Shown here piece after piece: positions 59,664 to 64,000 of a stretch of 64,000 bases of DNA. Under the pieces are notes generated by a model. The model searched no databases and was not told the DNA's origin. It saw only the letters and a program-made list of their open reading frames with translations. Every line of letters begins with the position of its first letter. Position 1 is the first letter of the stretch. The DNA comes from Nevskiales bacterium (GTDB lineage Bacteria > Pseudomonadota > Gammaproteobacteria > Nevskiales > CAJXLF01): positions 68,084 through 132,083 of the forward strand of contig JBFJXR010000002.1 in assembly GCA_041622995.1 (NCBI GenBank), written 5' to 3'. Made by a program: the position numbers and the translations under genes.

Positions 59664-59690
59664 GAACTAATCGCCAGCGAATTGGTCTTA
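59664..59690 (+). promoter_or_regulatory. Candidate sigma-E (AlgU/RpoE)-dependent autoregulated promoter of rpoE
   Basis: GAACTA, then 16 nt, then TCTTA, compared with the consensus GAACTT-N16/17-TCtgA/TCAAA. Located about 90 nt upstream of the rpoE ATG. Confidence 0.4.
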
Positions 59691-59779
59691 CAAGCAGTCG
59701 GATGACCCCTTTCGGGCTCCGGGTGTTGCAAGCACATTGTGGCATTGCTGCTTTGTAGCCGGATAGGGGAAGAGCCCGT

Positions 59780-60355
59780 ATGGGCAAGGAAAACACCGAC
59801 GAAGTATTGGTTGCACGCGCACAGCGAGGGGAGAAGGGTGCCTTTGACCTTCTGGTGCGCAAGTATCAGCATAAGGTGGTGAATCTGGTTGGACGGTACG
59901 TAAATGACGGTGATGCACAGGATGTAGCGCAGGAGGCCTTTGTAAAGGCTTACCGGGCGCTCAAAGGCTTTCGTGGGAATAGTGCTTTTTATACCTGGTT
60001 ATATCGTATTGCGATTAATACGGCCAAGAACCACCTTGTGGCACGAAGTCGCAGACCTGCAAGTCAGGATGTAGATGTGGCCGACGCTGAATTATTTGGC
60101 CATACGGACCAGATGAGCGATGTCGAGTCTCCAGAGGCGCTGGCAATGACGGAAGAACTTAAAAGGACAGTGATATCGGCAATTACAGCACTGCCTGCGG
60201 AATTGAAGACAGCCATTACACTACGCGAGCTCGAAGGAATGTCGTATGAAGAAATTGCAGAATCGATGGATTGTCCTATTGGAACAGTCAGATCGCGTAT
60301 CTTCAGGGCCAGAGCTGCAATTGATGAAGTTATCGGACCACTGATTAATGATTAG
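59780..60355 (+). CDS. rpoE: RNA polymerase sigma-E factor (RpoE/AlgU)
   Basis: 191 aa. LVARAQRGEKGAFDLLVRKYQHKV...DVAQEAFVKAYRAL..FRG.SAFYTWLYRIAINTAKNHLVAR. Confidence 0.96.
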   Translation: MGKENTDEVLVARAQRGEKGAFDLLVRKYQHKVVNLVGRYVNDGDAQDVAQEAFVKAYRALKGFRGNSAFYTWLYRIAINTAKNHLVARSRRPASQDVDVADAELFGHTDQMSDVESPEALAMTEELKRTVISAITALPAELKTAITLRELEGMSYEEIAESMDCPIGTVRSRIFRARAAIDEVIGPLIND

Positions 60356-60372
60356 TTTATTGAGGATCAAGC

Positions 60373-60948
60373 ATGTTGGATGAAAAACTTTCTGCGCTGA
60401 TGGACGATGAACTGGATTCATCTGAACTAAATGCATGTCTGGAAAAGCTCAACAATGATGCTGAAGCCAGACAGGCCTGGTCGCGACAACATTTATTACG
60501 TGCCGTCCTGAATGAGCAGGCTACAAAAACAGATTCATGTTTTTCAGAACGGGTTATGAGTGTACTTGAGTCATCTGGTCATGAAAATGATGTCTCTGCC
60601 AATCAGAACGTTATTAATTTTCCCCGGAACAAATGGCGTTCGAATCGGTGGATGGGTGGGCTTGCAGTTGCGGCAAGTGTTGCTGCTGTCGCCATGTTTG
60701 TACCGTATTCACTGGAAAATCAGAGGAGTACTGAGGGTGGTACAGTAGCTGTGCTTGATTCAACACAAAGAACAACAAGCGTGGCACTAAAGCAACGTAG
60801 CCAGGCAACTGCCGAGGCACGTCGAGAACTTCAGCAATATTTACTTAATCATGAAGCATTGGTCAGTGGTCATGGGCTTAATGGTCAACGGGGCTATATG
60901 CGCATGGCATCACCCAGCACTACATATGTAGCTTATTCACCTGAATGA
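60373..60948 (+). CDS. rseA: Anti-sigma-E factor RseA/MucA
   Basis: 191 aa. N-terminal LSALMDDELD...W..HLL, a central TM segment (GGLAVAASVAAVAMF), and its position after rpoE. Confidence 0.88.
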   Translation: MLDEKLSALMDDELDSSELNACLEKLNNDAEARQAWSRQHLLRAVLNEQATKTDSCFSERVMSVLESSGHENDVSANQNVINFPRNKWRSNRWMGGLAVAASVAAVAMFVPYSLENQRSTEGGTVAVLDSTQRTTSVALKQRSQATAEARRELQQYLLNHEALVSGHGLNGQRGYMRMASPSTTYVAYSPE

Positions 60949-61952
60949 AAACTGACGTGATTCCCCTCTGGCTTAAAAAATCAGCCTGGGCCTGTGCATT
61001 ATTGCTGGGTTCAACTTCGGTACTGGCAGATGATGCTGATATTTTGAATGCAGTCGGAGATGCAGTACGCAGTCTCAATTATCAAGGCGTTATGGTATAT
61101 GCCCGTGGCGGTGAGATGCATAGTCTCCAGATAGTTCACCGTTACAAAGAGGGCCGCGAACAGGAGCGCTTGCAGGCATTGACCGGCGAAGCAAGGGAAG
61201 TTCTGCGTGATAACGATGTGGTCACCTGTATTCTTCCCGAAGAAAAAAAGGTATTGGTAGATCGGCATGAGATGAGTGGTCCGTTGTCAACGGTCGCTGC
61301 CATGTCTGCGGAAAGCCTGGCGCCGCATTACGGCATTAAACTGGAAGACGATCAACGTCTGGTGGATCGAAACTGTAAAGTGGTTTCACTGGTTCCGAAT
61401 GATACTTACCGATATGGGTATCGAATCTGGGTCGATGAAGAAACAAGCCTGCCTTTGCGAATCGATTTACTCGGTAATGAGGGTGAGACACTTGAGCATG
61501 TCATGTTTACCCAGGTGAGCTTTCCGGATGAGATTGACGACAGTGCTCTTAAGCCTGATGTGGATCCTAAAAATTACCAGTGGGTACGGGCAAACCCTGC
61601 CAGTAATATGCGTGTGAAAAAGAATTTGGGCACAGGCAATTGGCAGATCAACGATTTGCCACCTGGTTTTAAAAAAGTCAGTCATAACCTGATTGAGACC
61701 AGTGCAGCGTCCCCGCCGATGGAAACTTTTCTCTTTTCAGACGGGCTGGCGACAGTTTCAGCCATTATCAAGCCAATAGGAGACAAACCCTCCTCATTAA
61801 TGGGTTTATCCCAAATGGGTGCCATGCATGCCTATGGCAAGCAATCAGATGACTACCATGTGGCGGTCATGGGAGAGGTTCCGGCAAGTACGGTGCAGTT
61901 CATTGCAGACAGGCTTGTAACGCCATCAGTTGCTTCTACTACGCAACCTTGA
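60945..61952 (+). CDS. rseB: Sigma-E regulatory protein RseB/MucB
   Basis: 335 aa with a signal peptide and the LNYQGVMVYARGGEMHSLQIVH pattern. Overlaps the rseA stop. Confidence 0.9.
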   Translation: MKTDVIPLWLKKSAWACALLLGSTSVLADDADILNAVGDAVRSLNYQGVMVYARGGEMHSLQIVHRYKEGREQERLQALTGEAREVLRDNDVVTCILPEEKKVLVDRHEMSGPLSTVAAMSAESLAPHYGIKLEDDQRLVDRNCKVVSLVPNDTYRYGYRIWVDEETSLPLRIDLLGNEGETLEHVMFTQVSFPDEIDDSALKPDVDPKNYQWVRANPASNMRVKKNLGTGNWQINDLPPGFKKVSHNLIETSAASPPMETFLFSDGLATVSAIIKPIGDKPSSLMGLSQMGAMHAYGKQSDDYHVAVMGEVPASTVQFIADRLVTPSVASTTQP

Positions 61953-61959
61953 AATTAAT

Positions 61960-62442
61960 ATGCTGGAAGAGCGCGCGAAAATATTAAGTGTTGAATCAGG
62001 ACGGGTCTGGGTAAGTGCTGATCGTAGTCAGGGCTGTGCCAAATGTGAGGCAGGTGAGGGCTGTGGTGGCGGAATGCTGACCAAGCTGGTGAAAAGAAAA
62101 GCAGCCCGCATAGAAGTTCGTAATGAACTTGCTGATATCTGTAAAGGCGATGAAGTCGTTATTGGCTTGAACGAAAAAGTCTTGCTGAAAAGTTCTGTCG
62201 TGGCATATTTTGTACCGTTAGCTGGTCTTTTTACAGGTGCATTAATTGCTGAATTCTTTATGGAAGCTCATGATCTGATTGTCGCAGCAATGGGAATGAT
62301 TGGTCTTGCAGCTGGCTTTCTGATATTTAGGCAGTTCAGTGCCTCAACAATCACAGATAAAAACTATCAGCCTGTTGTATTGCGAAAAGCGACGAATGCT
62401 TCAGGTGGATGTCAGGTATATGTAGTGAAAAATGATGATTAA
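61960..62442 (+). CDS. rseC: RseC/MucC family protein (SoxR-reducing system component)
   Basis: 160 aa from MLEERAKILSVESGRVWV. The cysteine motif CAKCEAGEGCGGG and two C-terminal TM helices. Confidence 0.85.
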   Translation: MLEERAKILSVESGRVWVSADRSQGCAKCEAGEGCGGGMLTKLVKRKAARIEVRNELADICKGDEVVIGLNEKVLLKSSVVAYFVPLAGLFTGALIAEFFMEAHDLIVAAMGMIGLAAGFLIFRQFSASTITDKNYQPVVLRKATNASGGCQVYVVKNDD

Positions 62443-62446
62443 TACT

Positions 62447-63934
62447 ATGAAGAAACTAACAATGCCGTCCTGCCGCAAACTACTGTGGCTTTACCTCCTG
62501 GCCGTAAGCCTGACCGCCTGTAACTGGGTCGGTGGCAATAACGACAAGTCTGTATCTCAGAATCAACCGACAAAATTGGTTCAGCTCCCGGACTTTACGC
62601 AATTGGTAGAGCAGGCCAGTCCGGCTGTTGTGAATATCAGTACACTTCAGGAACGCAAGCAGCAGCCAGAAAGGCAACAGGGCATGCCTGATGCCGAGGG
62701 CTTTGGAGACTGGTTGAAGCGATTTTTCGAGAATCCTGGAGAAATACCCAGAGGTTTTCAGGACGCCCCCCCCAAACGTTCACCTTACGTGCCGGAAGAA
62801 TCATTGGGGTCGGGATTCATCATTTCAGAAGATGGCGATATTCTGACAAATTATCATGTTGTTGCAGATGCTGATGAAATAGTTGTTCGAATGAGTGACC
62901 GCAGGCAGTTTACTGCGACTATTGTTGGTCATGATGAACTCAGTGATCTGGCCCTGTTAAGTATTGATGCTGACGACTTGCCTGTAGTAAAGATAGGACA
63001 GGTAGAAAATTTGAAGGTAGGTGAGTGGGTATTGGCAATCGGTTCACCGTTTGGCTTTGATCATTCAGTCACTGCAGGTATTGTTTCAGCTAAAAGCCGG
63101 CATCTGAATACCGAACGCTATGTTCCATTTATTCAAACAGATGTCGCGATCAACCCCGGTAATTCGGGTGGCCCATTGTTCAACCTGAATGGGGAAGTTG
63201 TTGGCGTGAACTCCCAGATATTCAGCCGCACAGGCGGGTACATGGGGCTTTCATTCGCTATTCCCATGGACGTTGCATTAGATGTAGTGCAACAGCTCCG
63301 TACAAATGGCAGCGTCAGTCGTGGTTGGCTAGGCGTTGTGATTCAGGAACTCGACAGGGAACTTGCAGAGTCATTTGGCTTAAGCAAACCAGAAGGCGCA
63401 CTTGTTGTTCGTGTAATGCCCGAAAGTCCTGCAGAAGCTGCAGGGTTTCAAGTTGGCGATGTCATTCTGACGTTTAATGGGGAGCCGGTAACAGGTGCCT
63501 CCTCCTTGCCGCCTTTGGTTGGTATTGTAAGACCCGGAGAAAAGGCCAAAGTAAAAGTGTTGCGTGAGGGTGAAGAGCAGACACTGAAGGTCGCCATCGG
63601 TGAACTGAGTGGAGATGATCCTGAGGCTATAGATAAATCTCCTGATGAAATTCAGAAACAGAATCTTGGGCTTGAGTTCAAGGACCTCAATGCAGATGAA
63701 CGATTACGCTTTAAGGTTGAGAAAGGCGGCGTGCTGGTCATTTCCGTAAGCAAAGGTCCCGCTCAGGATGCTGGCCTTCAAAGAGGTGATGTGATCCTGC
63801 GTTGGGGCGGTACAGCCATTGAAGACAGCAAGCAGTTAAAGGGAATGATCAAGCAGAAAACCGATAAATCCAGCGTGCCCGTGCTGGTTCAACGTGACGG
63901 CTCACCAAGATTTTTGGCAATCGGCAGCAATTGA
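62447..63934 (+). CDS. degP: DegP/DegQ/MucD-family periplasmic serine endoprotease with two PDZ domains
   Basis: TNYHVV, the catalytic GNSGGPL, and two PDZ regions. The N-terminus MKKLTMPSCRKLLWLYLLAVSLTAC carries a lipobox-like LTAC. The ORF opens at 62432. Confidence 0.92.
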   Translation: MKKLTMPSCRKLLWLYLLAVSLTACNWVGGNNDKSVSQNQPTKLVQLPDFTQLVEQASPAVVNISTLQERKQQPERQQGMPDAEGFGDWLKRFFENPGEIPRGFQDAPPKRSPYVPEESLGSGFIISEDGDILTNYHVVADADEIVVRMSDRRQFTATIVGHDELSDLALLSIDADDLPVVKIGQVENLKVGEWVLAIGSPFGFDHSVTAGIVSAKSRHLNTERYVPFIQTDVAINPGNSGGPLFNLNGEVVGVNSQIFSRTGGYMGLSFAIPMDVALDVVQQLRTNGSVSRGWLGVVIQELDRELAESFGLSKPEGALVVRVMPESPAEAAGFQVGDVILTFNGEPVTGASSLPPLVGIVRPGEKAKVKVLREGEEQTLKVAIGELSGDDPEAIDKSPDEIQKQNLGLEFKDLNADERLRFKVEKGGVLVISVSKGPAQDAGLQRGDVILRWGGTAIEDSKQLKGMIKQKTDKSSVPVLVQRDGSPRFLAIGSN

Positions 63935-64000
63935 GCAGCCTGATTCTGTATTCACGCCATGCCTGTCACTTGTGTGAGGTGATGCAGGTAGAGTTGCAAC

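Overview
This is a chromosomal segment from a gammaproteobacterium. The gene orders thrS-infC-rpmI-rplT-pheST-ihfA-merR-tRNAPro and nadB / rpoE-rseABC-degP resemble Pseudomonas and marine gammaproteobacteria, but I cannot assign a species from sequence alone.

The left ~31 kb is an accessory cell-surface region that is visibly AT-richer than the rest. It holds an ABC-transporter-dependent capsule/O-polysaccharide locus:
- Export: a CtrA/Wza-type outer-membrane lipoprotein and a KpsE/KpsM/KpsT-type exporter.
- Sugar-nucleotide supply: manB-manC, gmd-rmd, fcl and rmlBADC.
- Assembly and modification: a 1662-aa fusion of FkbM methyltransferase, coiled coil, GT4, GT4 and GT2; a further GT4; two protein-kinase-like genes (one truncated at the left edge and absent from the ORF track); and six methyltransferase domains in total.

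This locus is followed by a CRTAC1/ASPIC-type FG-GAP lipoprotein, a small secreted protein, and an orphan tail-fibre-like protein with a peptidase-S74 intramolecular-chaperone domain. The region ends at tRNA-Val(GAC).

The right ~33 kb is core genome:
- uvrB, an aspartate aminotransferase and tRNA-Asn.
- The thrS operon, with a tRNA-Thr anticodon-arm mimic upstream of thrS and an AUU start on infC.
- tRNA-Pro, then a TlpA-DUF4266-DUF3570-ApbE cassette.
- prfB (with its +1 frameshift) and lysS, then recQ and ygfZ.
- An SDHAF4-like gene, sdhCDAB, sdhE and ygfX, then nadB and rpoE-rseABC-degP.

I saw no CRISPR array, transposase, integrase or rRNA.

The two best candidates for undescribed biology are:
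1. The single-polypeptide methyltransferase/coiled-coil/triple-GT enzyme, together with stand-alone kinases, embedded in a capsule-type export locus.
2. The ApbE cassette, whose DUF3570 protein carries three SGA[T/S] flavinylation-type motifs.
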